A stretch of DNA of 64,000 nucleotides from Vicugna vicugna (lineage: Eukaryota). A model generated the notes under the pieces. That model made no database searches. It saw nothing but the letters and a program-made list of their open reading frames with translations, and had not been told where the DNA came from. Location of the stretch: NCBI GenBank assembly GCA_013265495.1, contig MU058384.1:2044-66043 (forward strand). The letters run 5' to 3'. The translations under genes and the position numbers were made by a program. Each line of letters opens with the position of its first letter. The stretch's first letter is position 1. Positions 36,546 through 50,752 of the stretch are shown piece after piece.

Positions 36546-38444
36546 TAACACACATACACACAGAATCATCTCTGAAGTATGTAAAGATATATGAAAAAGT
36601 ATGGCCATGAAACAATCTATCTTGCCAATGCATTTAAGTTTAATAAGCATACTAAATGTTATTTTCAAAAGATAGCTCCGGGTGGACTTTCTAAGCACTC
36701 TCTGTCCTGTTACCATTCTCTGATGTGGCATCAGAAGCATCCTTACAAAACCTGATCCTAGTTTTGGATGTATAAAAACAAGAGGTCTATCTGCCAAGAA
36801 CTTTCTTTTTATGTATTTGTGCTTAATGCACGTGGAACTAATTTTTGATATCATGTCATAATGGACCCATTCTTGACCCCACCATTTATAATTACCACAG
36901 TGCAATTTTTTAAAAATAGTCCACCCTTTTCTGATCTGAAATGCCATTTTCATCATATATTAAAATTCTTTGTTCACATTTCCGTGTTCTATATCTATTC
37001 TAATACTATACCTGTTTAATACTTTCGCTAAAAACAGTCACAAATTTTAGGGTATCTTTACCCTAAAATTTTATTATCTTTAAGATAATAAAATGTTCTG
37101 TGTGTCAATATATTTAGATACATCTTCCTATGTGTATACTATAATTTGATAAAATTTTAAAATTTGTTCCCTAAGCATCATGCTCATCTTTTATTAGAGA
37201 TATGCCTATGATACACACAACACACACACACACACCCCACACACATACATATGCAAACACATATGGAAAGAAAGAGAAAGTGATTGAGTTGAGAGAGTTA
37301 GTTGAATTGAAATTGAGAAAGAGTTGCTGTGGAAAATGGAAACCTTTTAAAATTATGTTTCCTATTTTGTTGTTACAGATAGAAAAACATTGATTTTTGT
37401 ATATTGATTGTGTGTTTACCAAAGTTGCTAAGTTCTCTCATTAATCATAAAGATTTTAAATCCCACTGGGTTTTCTATAGACAGTACTTTGTGAACACGG
37501 CTGTTCTGCTTCTTCATTTATAATCTTTACAACATTATATCTTTCTCTTGATACATACACTGGCTAGAACTCCTTACTTTCTTTACTTCTGTCCTAGGTA
37601 TGACATGCTTTCCTGGTTTCCTCTCTGCTTTGCTGGCATCTCATTCTCTGCTTCTTTATTTTTCCAACCTGCAAAAGCTGGATGCCCCAGGCATCAGACC
37701 TTTGATTTCCTCTCCTTTGTGTTTATATTCCCTAAGTAAACTCATTTAGTCTCACTGCTTTAAGCACATAATATCACTGATGACTCTCAAGTTTATAAAT
37801 ATAGGCTAGTACTATTTCTTGAATACGACATGTGCATGTAACACTATGTATTCAATTCCTCCAACTTAAATGTATATTAAGGATCTGAAATGTAGCATCT
37901 TGGAAAAGAAAATCCAAATACTGGCAAGCTGGAGCATTGGCAAGTTGAAGTGTAAGAGCATATAAGAACCAGACTATAAATTTCATTACAGACATTATGA
38001 AATTGTATCTTTGTTCTAAAAAATGACAAATTATTGATGTTTTAAGGGAGGAATAATAGATTCAAATTTGCCATGTTAGAAACTCTGGCCATAAAGGTAG
38101 ATTGACGAGGCACATGAGTAGATTAAAAATGCAGCTCAGATGTTATCAATAATCTGGTGAGAGAGGATAGAAGCTGAGCTGAGGGGAGTTGGCTCTAGAG
38201 ATAGAGAGAAAGAAATGTATTTGAGAAATGACTTTTATATGCTAAACATACTGAATGCTTACATATAATTGGCTCTGCTTCTGATTTGCATATTCTAGCC
38301 TGTTGATTTATCACCTTACTCTTGTATCAGTATGATACTATTTTAATTACAGCAATTTTTGTATGTGTTTTAAGATTTGGCAATATCCTTACTCATTTTT
38401 TGGTCTTTTTCTTTAAATCAAAGGACCATTTTTTACCATTTACT

Positions 38445-38850
38445 TCCTAGAACAGAAGGTCTAAGACAAACATATTTTTCCAGATATTTTTAACCAAGCT
38501 AATATTTTCAAATAGGGGTATTCTACATAAAATTGGGTTATTTATTTCCCCAGAAATATCAGAAGATCCACCTATATTATTTCTTATATTTCAACAATTG
38601 GCAGGAGCTAAGAGACTGCCGTTCTAAGAGAGGATGAGAATGTACATGTTCTGGTTTGTCTAGGATCGTCTGGATTATAAATCCTGCCTGGAATAGTAAT
38701 TAATGGTGCCTCTTTTTACTCTTATGTGTACTGGGTAAGAAAACAAATTGTAGACTTACCCTACCTTTGCATATTGTAAATGACCTTTCACTTGTCTTGA
38801 TTTTTTAATTTAGGTTAACTACTTAGAACTTTCAAGCCTTTGACTTTAGG
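38445..38850 (+). mobile_element. hAT-Charlie MITE, MER102-like, with a nested MER94
   Basis: cagaagatcc...caacaattggcaggagctaagagactgcc resembles MER102, and the element resumes after 38762. Confidence 0.45.
38631..38762 (+). mobile_element. hAT-Blackjack MITE, MER94-like
   Basis: Decayed terminal inverted repeats aggatga...ttaccct and internal taattaatggtgcctctttttactct. Confidence 0.55.
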
Positions 38851-39219
38851 AATATTTTTCTAGACGAACATTAGCAAAAGTTCGTCAAGTTCTCCAAATC
38901 TCACTATATTTTTCATTGAATATATAATGAATTATAAGTGACTTGGAAAGTGTGGGGAAGATTTTGTTTTAATTCCCAGTATCACTCCATTTATTAACCT
39001 TGAATTTAGCCATGAAATATGATTCAGATTCCAAAGGTATCTCTTTATTGGCTTAAGTTAATCAGACCTGGAAGTTTCCTTAACTATGGTGATTAGTTAA
39101 GAGTTGAACACTTGAATTAAAATTGACCCTTTAGAATGTATTTCAGAGTTTTTATTTGGAGTTTGCGAAAGACAAATATCTCCCATCCCCCACCCCTAAT
39201 GTAGACAAGAAATCCTACA

Positions 39220-39476
39220 ACCCAGGGAGCTTTGGGCAACTAACTTGCAATCAGGAAGAAAACAAACCTTAGAATAAAGCCAACAACATTCAAGGCAGAA
39301 AATAAAGACAGAAATATAAACTGAGACTTTGGATATAAGTCAGTAAGTTAAGCCAACCTTGAATTTTGATTTTCTTCTGGACTTCCAGTTATATGAGTCA
39401 ATAAACACCCTCATCCATAATGCCAGTTTGATTTAATTTGATGTTAATTTGCACATTAAGTATCCTGAGTAACACA
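39220..39476 (+). mobile_element. Old MaLR LTR, MLT1K-like 3' half
   Basis: ttctggacttccagttatatgagtcaataaac...atcctgagtaacaca. Confidence 0.5.
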
Positions 39477-39922
39477 AGAAGAAGTAACTTTTGGATTTCA
39501 TATTCCCAGCCAGGAAAGGACTATGACCTGAATTTGTCTACATCTTTTATACATGACTCAGTAAATGTTTGCCTGCTTGTTTTTCTGTACATCTCCTGTA
39601 ATTTTATTCATCATGATTTTCCTGGAAGGGATTATTATATTGACTAGATTGTCAACATAATTTGAACTTCAGATTTTAAATACACTAGCCATACATGCAA
39701 AATGGTGAAGAAAAGCATTGTTTAGGAAATCTAAAAATTCAAAAGATAGTTCAGATGTTTAAAACAAAGAAAGTGTAGTAAATTTTCACTTCTGAATGTT
39801 GATACACACAAAAATCTAAGATTGACATGTTATTTGAGAAAATTGGAGAAAATATCCTGATCATAATTCATGGCTCACGAAACAGGAAATTATATTGCAA
39901 ATGATTCAAAATAGATAAGCAA

Positions 39923-40060
39923 GGTGGGGAGAATATAGCTCAATGGTAGAGCACATGCTTAGCATGCATGAGGTCCTAGGTTCAATCCCCAGTACCTCCA
40001 TTAAAATAAATACGTAAATAAACCTAATTAACCTACCCCCTCAAACAAGCAAAATAAAAA
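39923..40060 (+). mobile_element. tRNA-Ala-derived camelid SINE (vic-1 type)
   Basis: ggggagaatatagctcaatggtagagcacatgcttagcatgcatgaggtcctaggttcaatccccagtacctcca (Pol III A and B boxes), then a taaataaacctaatta tail. Confidence 0.9.
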
Positions 40061-42389
40061 ATTTTAATTTAGCCTACAAGTTAAAAATAAAAGGCTTTTA
40101 TGAATATCAAATATATTGACAAGGAGTTTAAAATTACCTACAACCTTTAGCTTTTGACAAATGGCAGCTTTCTTAAACTGCCTGTTAAGACAAATTAAAA
40201 ACTTTGCAGAAACTTTTAAAACCATTTAAAAATATGAAAAACCATTAAATTTTTTGCATTAAATTTATACATTTTTTAAAAGAAACATCCTTTACTAAAT
40301 TAAACAAAGATAGTGAACAACTTTTTTGTTGACTTGATCATTTGGTAAAATAATCATTTCATGAGACGATGTTTGGTGAAATGATCCATTTCTGCTCTTA
40401 ATAATTAATGTATGCTTTGCTCTAAAACTTATTGTAAAAATTCTTAATTTTTATGTCTTTTGCTCTATATTGGTATACAGTAACTCTATGCTTGGTATTT
40501 TCAAATGAAAATGCAGTATAAAGAAATGGTATTTGCTTTTTGAAATGTCTGTCAAGCCCTCTATGTTCCTAAGTCACGTGCAGTTTGTAAAAGAAGTATA
40601 AACAATTCTGAAGTTTTGCAGTGGGTATCTAATTCTGAGTGTAGCCTTTCTTTCCATTTCCTAAGCTCAGAGTAAATATAAAGATTTAACTTACTTTTAG
40701 CGCTTATATACACAGGCTAGAAGCATAATGTTTCAGTATTACTAAAACTGGCTGCTGAATTATAGAAAGAACAAAACTGCAGTTTGGCCCAAGTCTTCGT
40801 ACATGAATTAATTATACCCAAGAGACTAATTATTTTTCCCGTTTTGAAGTTTTAAATTGTAGTGTGGGTTCTGTGCCTTGGGGTAATTAAGCAATTGTTT
40901 ATTTTTGAGGATTAACCCAAATGACTTACATTAGAGGAATACACTCTGGAAAAATATTTCTTTGCTTTAAAGTTAATGATGCAAAATTCCTAAAATGTTA
41001 TTGTCTTTTTTATCTTAAGCGTGATATTTACTTTGATTAATAATTAAGGATTTTGTTTAATTATGACCAATTTTTACTTTAAGACTAAATATTATAAAAA
41101 TGTCTAGTTTGAATACCAATATTAAATGCAAATAAGTCAATTATACAATTCATTTCAATTGAGTTCATCAGAAACCCTCCAAACACTTTCACATAAAACA
41201 AGGGGCAACCAAACTTAAATTTCAAAATAGCTTATCTAATTATGTATGTTTCTATAATTTATTTCCACAGAAAGTGTACGTATTGATAAAATACAGTATC
41301 TTTTGTTTGATTTGAGCTTTTGAATCTTGCTTCTTTTAAAATAGCAGATGTGAATTTCTCACTTTGTACTCTTTTGGAACTTGTATCATCTTGACAAGAT
41401 GCTAAACCTGTGTTTATATTCTAACTATAATAATAATGTAGTGACATTATTCAACAGCTTATCTTCCAAGAGCTCAGAGGCTATAGATAATATGTTATCA
41501 CACACATCACAGCATTCTTGTGAATTCTGATGCTTTCTTTTCTTTTCTTTTTGTTTGAATTAAATAATCCCGGAATAGAGTGTTGAAAATAAAAACACTT
41601 CATATTGGAACCGTTATGAAGAGCTTAGTTCATTATTTTCTTATGTTCTAAAATAGGATATTTGAATTCGTAGGTTTAATCAAAAGTTACAGGGACATTT
41701 AAGTAGATAAAAATCCAATTAATCTAATTCAACCTATCTCAATGCTACAAGATGACCTTTTGCTGTATTCCACACACAGTGTCACTCAATTATGCTTAAA
41801 TTCCCCTGTGTCAGAAGACAATCTCTTCAGTGTTAAATAGATCTACTTCCCTAAAATATCTTTTTTAATATTGAGCTGAACTCTGTCTACATGTTCATTT
41901 CACCTTTTGGGTCACATTCTTCACTATAAAACAACACATTGCTCTCTGACCACAATCCCAGATCAATATTTAGGCAGTGGGATTGAGGCATTTCATTTAA
42001 TGAGTAAAGGCTTAATGGCAGGACATGACCTGCAGAGGGCTCCAGACTTTCTATCAAGCATAAACAGCCAGTATGTTTTTGAGAATGAGAGAGATTTTGA
42101 AGAGAGGAAGCTGCAGTAAGAGAATAAATTGGACGAAGCAGATCCTGAGTGTAAAGAAAGGTTTGCATAATGACCTAGGGAAAACAGAATGGGGACCTCA
42201 TCCAATAAAATAATAATAAGAGTGAGAAAAGGGGAAGAAGTCTGGAATTTTTTAGAGTTGGCTTGAAGAAATGGTGACTCACTAGATGTGGGGCAGAATT
42301 GCATCAAAGATGACTAATATTTGGGGTCTGACTGATAGTAAGAATTCTAATACTATCAAGAGAGTATCTCACCTAATCAATAGTTACTG

Positions 42390-42760
42390 AAAATTCACCT
42401 TGTGAAAAAATTATATATATCCCTCCCTGCTTAAACCTTTCAAATGGTTGCTCACTGAACATAGCACAACAGCCATATTTCCTACTTTCTCCAACAAGCT
42501 CTTCATAATCTGACTATTCTTTCCTATCTTTTTGACATCATCTCATGACACTCTAGCCCATATTTACTGTCTTCTATCCTCACAAACCTTGTACATTTTA
42601 TACATTTACTTCCTTGCACATTTTATGCAAGCTTGTTACTGTACTAGTGTTTAATACATTTGCTGTAATCCATCCCTGAAATATTTATTCCTGAAATCTC
42701 CATGGTTATTCAGGGCATAGATAGAGTATTGCCTTCCTAGAGAAGATTTCCTTGACCAAT
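42390..42760 (+). mobile_element. L2 fragment
   Basis: ccctgcttaaacctttcaaatggttgctcactg...cttcctagagaagatttccttgacc. Confidence 0.5.
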
Positions 42761-44056
42761 CATCCACATTTTTACATTGTTTTGAACTAAATCATGGTTT
42801 TATGGTTTCTTAGTTTTGTTTTTTGGTTTTGAAATATGCATGTAACATGCATTTACATTTTTCAACCGTTACTCATACCTTTCATTGTATTTAATACATT
42901 TTGTTATAGGAAGGCACTCTCTCAGAACCTTCCATCTTCATTCTTAAACCCCAGTCAAGTTACTTTATGGACATAGTTCTCTTTCTGGTCTTTTCATGAT
43001 TGCTTTATATTCCTTTTTCCCTTCTCCTCCAGAAAGCTAGCTCGTGACTGACTTCCTTTTTCTTTACTGGATAAATATAAAAAGTAACCCCAAAGTGGAT
43101 CCTGGCTCAAATATATTACAGACTTATTGTTTGCCCACATAATAGCACTGGGAACATGAAAACCTTGGTGGGAAGACCTCTTCTGTCTTCTTTCAGGGAC
43201 CTAGATTGATGGAAGTACTGAATTTTTCAGGTGCAACATGCAACTGGGTTCGTGCAATAAGAGTTACTTTTCCATTGCTGATAGCTAGAATTCTGGGCAC
43301 AATGTCTAGAATAAAGTTCTCTTCTTCTGTAATAGTTTTTTATTTTTCCCTTCTGCTTTAATCTTTGTCTTTGCATATACACTTGTTCAAAATCACCTAT
43401 TGGCGCTATTTCTCTTTATTCGAGATTGATGTGCACAGATCCTTCTGAAAGTGAGGACCCTCATACATTCTGTTTACATTATCTAGGTGAAAATCAGTGT
43501 TCTTCCACAAAGGCAGCTGAATTCCACTTTCTCTGATGATGGAAGAAATTCTAGAGTCCCATTAGCACAATTTGCCTATGACCATTTGGGGTTTGAACTA
43601 AAAGTTTCCTCATTTGTGCAAAAGACTAGTGGTCAAAATACAAGAGAGATCTTTGGACATTATATTTTGACTCCTTCCCAACTTATCTCTGTGTTATGAT
43701 ATCAGGTTCATATATTTCACTCATTTACATATCACAGGATGTGCCCCATAGATAAACTTCACCACTTCTATTAAACAAACAAAACCTAAATGATGAAAGA
43801 GACTGTGCGTTAGATTGTATCTGCAATCCTTTTGGGAGCTTTATCACTTAGTAGGATTAGAAATACTCTTTCTGCTTTTAGTTTACCTTCCCATTTTCAT
43901 CATATATTTGAGGATACAATTACTTATAGACAGATGCATAGATCTTAAGTGTACAATTCAATGAGTTTTTTTGTAGCATGAAGATACAGAAAGTTTCCAT
44001 CTTTCAGAAAGTTTCTTCAAGACTCTTTCTAGTCACTATCCATACTTAACGACCAT

Positions 44057-45275
44057 ATTTTTTAAATCAATTTTAAGTTTACAGTAAAATTGAGAGAAAA
44101 GTACAGAGATTTTCCACATACTCCCTATCCCGACATATGCATAGCTCGCTGCATTATCTAACTGACTCATGGGAGTGGTACACTTGTTACAGCTGAACTT
44201 ACCTGGATGCATCATACTCAACCAAAGTCCATAGTTTACATTATGGTTCGCTCTTGGTGTTGTGCATTCTATGGGTTTTGACAAATATGTAATGACATGT
44301 ATCCACCATTATAATATCATACAGAGTATTTTCAATGTCCTAAAAGTCCTCTGTGTTTTACCTATTTATTTCCAACCCCAACCACTGGCAACCACTTTTT
44401 TGTTGTTCTTGTTGTTTTGTTTACTGTCGCCATAGTTTTGTCTTTTCCAGAATGTCATATAGTTGAAATATATAGTGCATAGCCTTTTCAGATTGGCTTC
44501 TTTCACTTAGTAATATACATTTAAGTTTCCTTTATGTCTTTCATGGCTTGGTAACTCATCTCTTTTTTTAGTGCTGAATGATATTTTATTCTCAGGAGGT
44601 ACCATAGTTTATTGATCCATTCACCTACTGAAGGAGATCTTGGTTGCTTCTAAGTTTGGGAAATTATGAATGACACTGCTATAAACATCTACATGCAGGG
44701 TTTTTTTTTTGTGGACATAATTTTCAACTTCTTTTCGAAAATATCAGAGTACAATTGTTGTATCTCATGATAGGAGTATGCTTAGCTTTGTAAAAATCAC
44801 TGGACTGACTTCCACAGCGGCTGTACAATTTTGTAGCCTTACCAGCAAGGTATGAGAGTTCTTGTTGCTCTACACTCCCATCAACATTTGGTGTTTTCAG
44901 TGTTTTGGATTTTGGCAGTTCTAATAGGTGCATAATGATATCTCATTGTCATTTTAATTTGTATTTCCCTGATGAGCTATGATGTAGAACTTGTTTTCAA
45001 ATGCTTATTTGCCATCCATATATTTTCTTTGGTGAGGTGTCTGTAAAGATCTTTGATCCATTTTTAAATAAGATTACTTATTTTCTTATTGTTGAATTTT
45101 AAGGGTTTTTTGTATATTTTGGATAACAGTCTTTTATCATGTGTATCTTTTGCAAATATTTTCTCCCTATCTGTAGCTTATCTTCTAATTGCCTTGTCAT
45201 TTACAGAGCAGAAGTTTTTAATTTTTATGAAGTCCAGCTTATTATTTCTTTTATGAAATATGTCTTTGATGTTGT
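44057..45275 (-). mobile_element. L1MC1-like 3' end
   Basis: Diagnostic gacatgtatccaccattataatatcatacagagtattttc and gccttttcagattggcttctttcacttag. Confidence 0.85.
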
Positions 45276-45401
45276 TGAATTCTCCTTTTTATTATTGTTT
45301 TGATGTAATTTTTAAAGGTATTTTGGAAATGACCACTTTGTTATAACATATATAGCTATATATTATGAATGATATATACAGACAAATATATCTATATCTA
45401 T

Positions 45402-45451
45402 TTATATTATATTATATTATATTATATTATATTATATTATATTATATTATA
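45402..45451 (+). repeat. Perfect pentanucleotide microsatellite (TTATA)10
   Basis: Read directly from the sequence. Confidence 0.95.
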
Positions 45452-48400
45452 TCTTCTCTTAATGGATAGTTTTGCACCAAGAACCATATCTTTGTGCTTT
45501 GTCTTTCTAGAGTTTTAGTTAGAAATCTTTTCCTTTTCTGTCAAGAATGTGTCCTAAGTCCTAAGACAGAACATTTCTTTTTCTCTCAAGAATATTTCCT
45601 GGCTTAAATTGAGCTACTTTTTTCTGATTAAGGATGTTCTTTAAAAAAACATTATTTAAAAGGTTATAGAATGTACATAGAAAAAAAAATCAATACAGAT
45701 AATTCAAAGCTAGAACACTGAGTAGATGGTAGTGCCTTTAGCAAGATGAGTAAAGATGCTTATTTTTATCACTGCAACAAAACCTACATTTTTTGTCAAA
45801 TAGTTCTGTCAAAAGTACTTAAATCTATGACTTTACTAGAACTTATAATTTTGTGCATAGAAGCATTTTTAAAATTTAATTTTAAAATGAATTAAGGGAG
45901 CATGTTTTAAGAACTAAAACAATTTTTATTGTGTTAATTACTTAAAAAATACACAACATATTGTCTCTTCAGAGATGTTATTATAATACCTCAAAGAAAA
46001 TAGTGCTGAAATCATGCGGGATCAGTAAAGGTAATTAACTTCATCTTCTTTGTAAGGATTTGAAATAAAGTAGAAATAAAACTGTTAGATTTTATAAAGC
46101 AGGGATGTACTAACTTACTGAAGAGACATCTCTATTTTGTGCTTTTCAGGGTGAGATTGAGATTATGAAGCTCTTGTGTGGGAACATTGTTCACAAATCA
46201 ATAAAACCAATTATCCTCTGTTTTCAACTGTCTTAGATTTGAGAATTTTGCATCACATAATTGTGTGGATGAGCTAAAAAAGAGTAAGAGTGAATAGTTT
46301 TATCTGATATATTTTATGATGTGAATAACAGTTCTGTGCTTCAATAAAACATTTATCATTCTGAGAATTTTATAAAATATGTAGACATATTTCCCGAGTC
46401 CTAGTTTTTACAGATGGAAAAATATAATAAATGGAGACAGAAATACATGAGCAATGGTTTGGGAAGAAGGAAAAAACTGTAGTGTAACTTCATTAAGTAT
46501 TATATACCAGTATTCTCTTTTACTAACAACACATGCCCATATAATGTCCCAGTAATACCTAAAATATGCCCCAGGAGCTAAATGATACCCATAAAAACTA
46601 GGTTTACTCTAGGTGTATAAAGTGAAATGTTAAATGTGTGACCTTATTCCACTGTATTGAAAACTTCAGTGGGGTTACAGATACTCCTTTCATAAAATAA
46701 ATATTGGGTTTTGCTTTGCTTTGTTGTTGGTACTGTTGCCATTAAAAGCTTTTTGAAAGCAAAATCATATCTCTTCCCCAGCTATCTCTTTAAAGGCAAT
46801 TTTGTTACCATTATTGCACTGTTGGATACCAGGAGCTTTTCTCGGCATCATGGAACTAAAAGGAAATATTGATGGAAAATCTGTCTTATTTAAGTAGGTA
46901 CGAAAGAAGGAAATCTTCAGAAGTAACTTTCAGACTCCAAAATCAAAGTATCTTCTCTAACTTCTCTCAGATTTATCCCAACTGGTCACCAGAATAATCC
47001 ACAACTGATAATAAACAGAAAAAAGGACAAGCAGAGCTGTTTTAATAGGCAATGTAGTTTCTCTTTAAACTGTGGTTTACCACCACCAACTGAAATACTC
47101 AGTTGCTGATAGGTGTTTCAAAGGCTTTTAATTCTGTCCATCTTATATATCAAGGGGACACCCAGATTTCTATCAATGAGCGAGATAAATTGATCTACAG
47201 AGAAATTTAAACATAACAGAGGTGGAATGAAGCAAATCCTTTGAAAGGAAGGAAAATAATTAGGCAAATACAAGGCCATTTGTTTTATGCCATTTCTCCC
47301 TAAAAGAGGACTTTGATTCAAACAATGTAAAAACTGAGGAAGGGACAAAGTAAAAAGTGATCTCTCCTGTCTCTCAGGGCTATAATATTAACAAAATGGA
47401 CACACTCAATGCCATAAACAGAGTATCTTCCTGAAGATTTCCTTTTTATTCCCACAACATGCTTAAATGGTGATACTTTCACCAGTTAAGAATGGTGATA
47501 TTTTCAGCAGATAATTAAATGAGGTATAGGAGCTGGTTTTGGTGAGAAATAGCAAAGACAGTAGGGACATGGGGTCAGACGGCTACATCTGAGGCAAGGC
47601 AGAGCCTCCTATGGGCATCCTCTTTGCTTACACAGTAGGAAGGGCTTGGTTGCATTTTGGACATCTTTTGGTACACACTTGTACTGGGTAGAATCACTAT
47701 GTATTAAAAAGGAAGGGTGCATGGGTGTGGCTTCTCTTCCTTTTCTTTCTTCTACAGGATGGGGTCCTAGCTGGAGTTAGACAGTGGTGGTAATATTGGC
47801 ACCATATTCCAACTTGTTATCCTTTGCTTCATATCTCTGGTTTCAAACCCCAAATACAGGGTGAATGTTCATCTCTTAAAAGACTGAGCCACCTTCATGG
47901 CCTATTTGAACTTGAAACTATTAGGCCTAAAGTTGCACCGTACAGTGAGGCTCACTAATATTCTGTACGTTGAGCTGTGTGGCTCCAGCCTGGGATCATT
48001 TTGCCTCTCGTATGATAAGCAATTGCAACTTCTGAAAAATAACATGTGTTTGAAGACCAAATAGGGAGGTATGATTGCAGTCTGAGGAACAGTATTCAGA
48101 AAGTTCTAGATTTCCTGGACCTAAAATTTAATAGCCTCACAATTTCACTCTTTGTTCTTGTGTTGGGGACCACAGAGTATTGTTTTAAACCAGTACCATT
48201 TAATTTGTACATAGGTTCTTAATAAAACCTTGGCTTTCACATTGAGAAAATTGGGTAGTGTAAGAGAGGTTACAGAAAATTCAGAAGAAAGGGGAAATAA
48301 AAGGACCTTATAAAAAGGAAGAAAACATAGGCTTGAAGATTTATTGGAAAATAATTATCCAGGCATTGTCAAATTATGAGTTGTCTTCTAAAATCTTACT

Positions 48401-50494
48401 ATAGATCTGTTTCTGTAATTAATATTGGCAAGTCGCTTTTAAGATGTCAAGTTTTCAGTATTTCATTTCAAAATGAACTTTAAAAATCTTTATCTTATAA
48501 AACAAACCCCAAAGCCATTAGGATAAAGTTCAGAAGATGACTTACAAGGATGTCAAAATGAAATGCCTTTCTACTGTTCCAAATACAGAAAAATCATGTG
48601 CCTGTTTGGGTGAAGAATTTTGAATAACGTGAAGAACACACCTGTCATCATAGTCAGAAGCCTTGGCTGTTTGCATTGTGATTTAAGGTCTGGGGACTTT
48701 CTTAGCAATTCCAACAGTTATTTAAAACAAATCTGATGCCACCTAGACAACACAACATTGCTTTGGGCTGATTATTATGTAACGGCTTATGCCAGGATGT
48801 CATTAATAAATTATAGTTCTCCTTGCAGTCCTCCAGTCAAGCTGCCCAAATCTGCTTATTCTACTTCTGAGCTGTCCTCTCTTCCTTTCCAGTTTTCCCG
48901 TGCTATTATTTTATTACGTTATGCTTGAATCACTGCAGAAGCCACTGTTACGCTCTCACTCTAGTTCCATCATTTTAACTTCAGAATTAATTACATTGCA
49001 TGTGGATTGATGCTATGGCAGGAATGGCTGAATGTGAGATTACAATTTGTTTCCTAACTAAACGAATGATACATTGCCCTAAATCGGATTTCAGCAATCT
49101 AAAGCAGTTGAAACATCTTCTTCAGGATATTGGATACTGGCAATACCTACTCTGTATCAGCTGAACTCACATTGTTTCGAGAGGTGATGAACTTCCTGAA
49201 CCTCTCATAATATACCAAAAGCATTATTGCTAGATAACGCAACAGAATATTCCTTTTATTTTCTCATTCTTTCAATTAAATGTAAAAAGTAGTGGGATTT
49301 TACATAATCATACTGCGTCCCTGGCCACAGTAAAGGAAATTGCTTGAACGTGGCTTTGGCAGCTGTCTGAATCTCCATGAAATAGGGAGAAGTCTGTGAT
49401 GGATGTCAAAGCAATTCCTCATGGAGTGAATCCATTATCATCTGTGCATCTTGAGTTTAAATCAACATATTTGTCTAAGATTCCTGGTTAAGAAAGATAG
49501 GTTCATTAAGAAAATTATAACACAAATAAAGAAAGCAGATCCTATTAGGAGAGAAATGCCTACAAGACTCACTCTGTTTTAACGAAAATATTTTCTATCT
49601 GACAGCTCAGTTCAAGTAGAAAATGATAATCTTATAGACAAAGAAATAAATGTGGGTGTGCATTCACATCTGCTTTCTAGTAATTCCCTACAATACAGTT
49701 TTGTTGCTTTATAATAATGGGCTTTGTCATGAAGAAAAATTTTTCTCCTCAGCTTTCCTGCTGTGATGAAATAAAATTCTCTTCTGATAAAGTATAAATA
49801 TAACTTTGGCCAATGTTAGTGAGGGCTAAAAATCTACGATTACCACATGTACTCAATTTCTTTTCTTTCCCCAAACCTTTCTGCTTGAAATTATGAGTGG
49901 ATGGGGTAAACTGTAAATTCTAAAATCATAATATTTGTACAGTATGAACGTTGGCTGGAGCACAGGTGTGTAGCCATCAGCTGATTCCTACATAATAATA
50001 TTAGAAAACACTGGTAAGGATTTAAGTGGAGTTCTTCCTGGAAGTGTTATAAGGAGAATGTTGACACAGAAATGGCTAGAGTGTGTAACCAAGTTTTATG
50101 TTAGAAAAAGGTGAGCTTTTTAGATCATGTTTAATTTCCAGGGAGCAGGGAGTTGGGGAGGGAAGTGGAGGAAGGTTCCTTTCGAGTGGTAAAAAGAGCT
50201 ACAGTATTTTTTTTTCATAAACTATCTCACCTAAGACTTCCACAAACTCCTGTTTAGAAATACAAATCACATCTTTCCTCTTCTGCTTAAGCAGGTCAGG
50301 AAATCTCACAGAATAGCGTTCCTCCTTCTGGGTAGGGAAGTCTAGCTGACTGTTGTTCAACCAGGTCTTGGAGCAGAGATAATCAGCCTCCGGAGAATCT
50401 ATCAGGGAAGAAAAAAAAAATCTCACAAAGAGTAAATAACACTCTTAATAACATAAACGTAGCATAAGTTTGCAGTTACTTGCCTTAGTTGTAG

Positions 50495-50752
50495 ACAATA
50501 TAGTTCAGTGGTTAAGAGAGATGACTTTAGATCACGTTACCTGGTTTTGAATTGCTGCTCTACAACTGACCAGCCCTGGCACTTGGAACAAACTTATTTA
50601 GTTTCTCTGTATGTCCCTTTTGTTACAGCAAGGTCAAACTAACAATACCCTCATCGATATTTGTGGGGAGGTTTAAATGAGTCAAGACATAACATACTTA
50701 GAAATAATGCCTAACAGATAATGGATGCCTCATATTATTATGATTATTATTA
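50495..50752 (+). mobile_element. MIR SINE, near full length
   Basis: tatagttcagtggttaagag...ggaggtttaaatgagtc...cttagaaataatgcct...attattattaa. Confidence 0.7.

Noticed and set aside
36393..36956. Longest supplied ORF (187 aa) and the other ORF-track entries as genes
   Set aside because: No recognisable domains. Many overlap L1, L2 or LTR remnants or microsatellites, and lengths fit chance ORFs.
39923..40000. Functional tRNA-Ala gene
   Set aside because: It has the SINE tail and substitutions that weaken the stems. Two further diverged copies in the window show it is a SINE.
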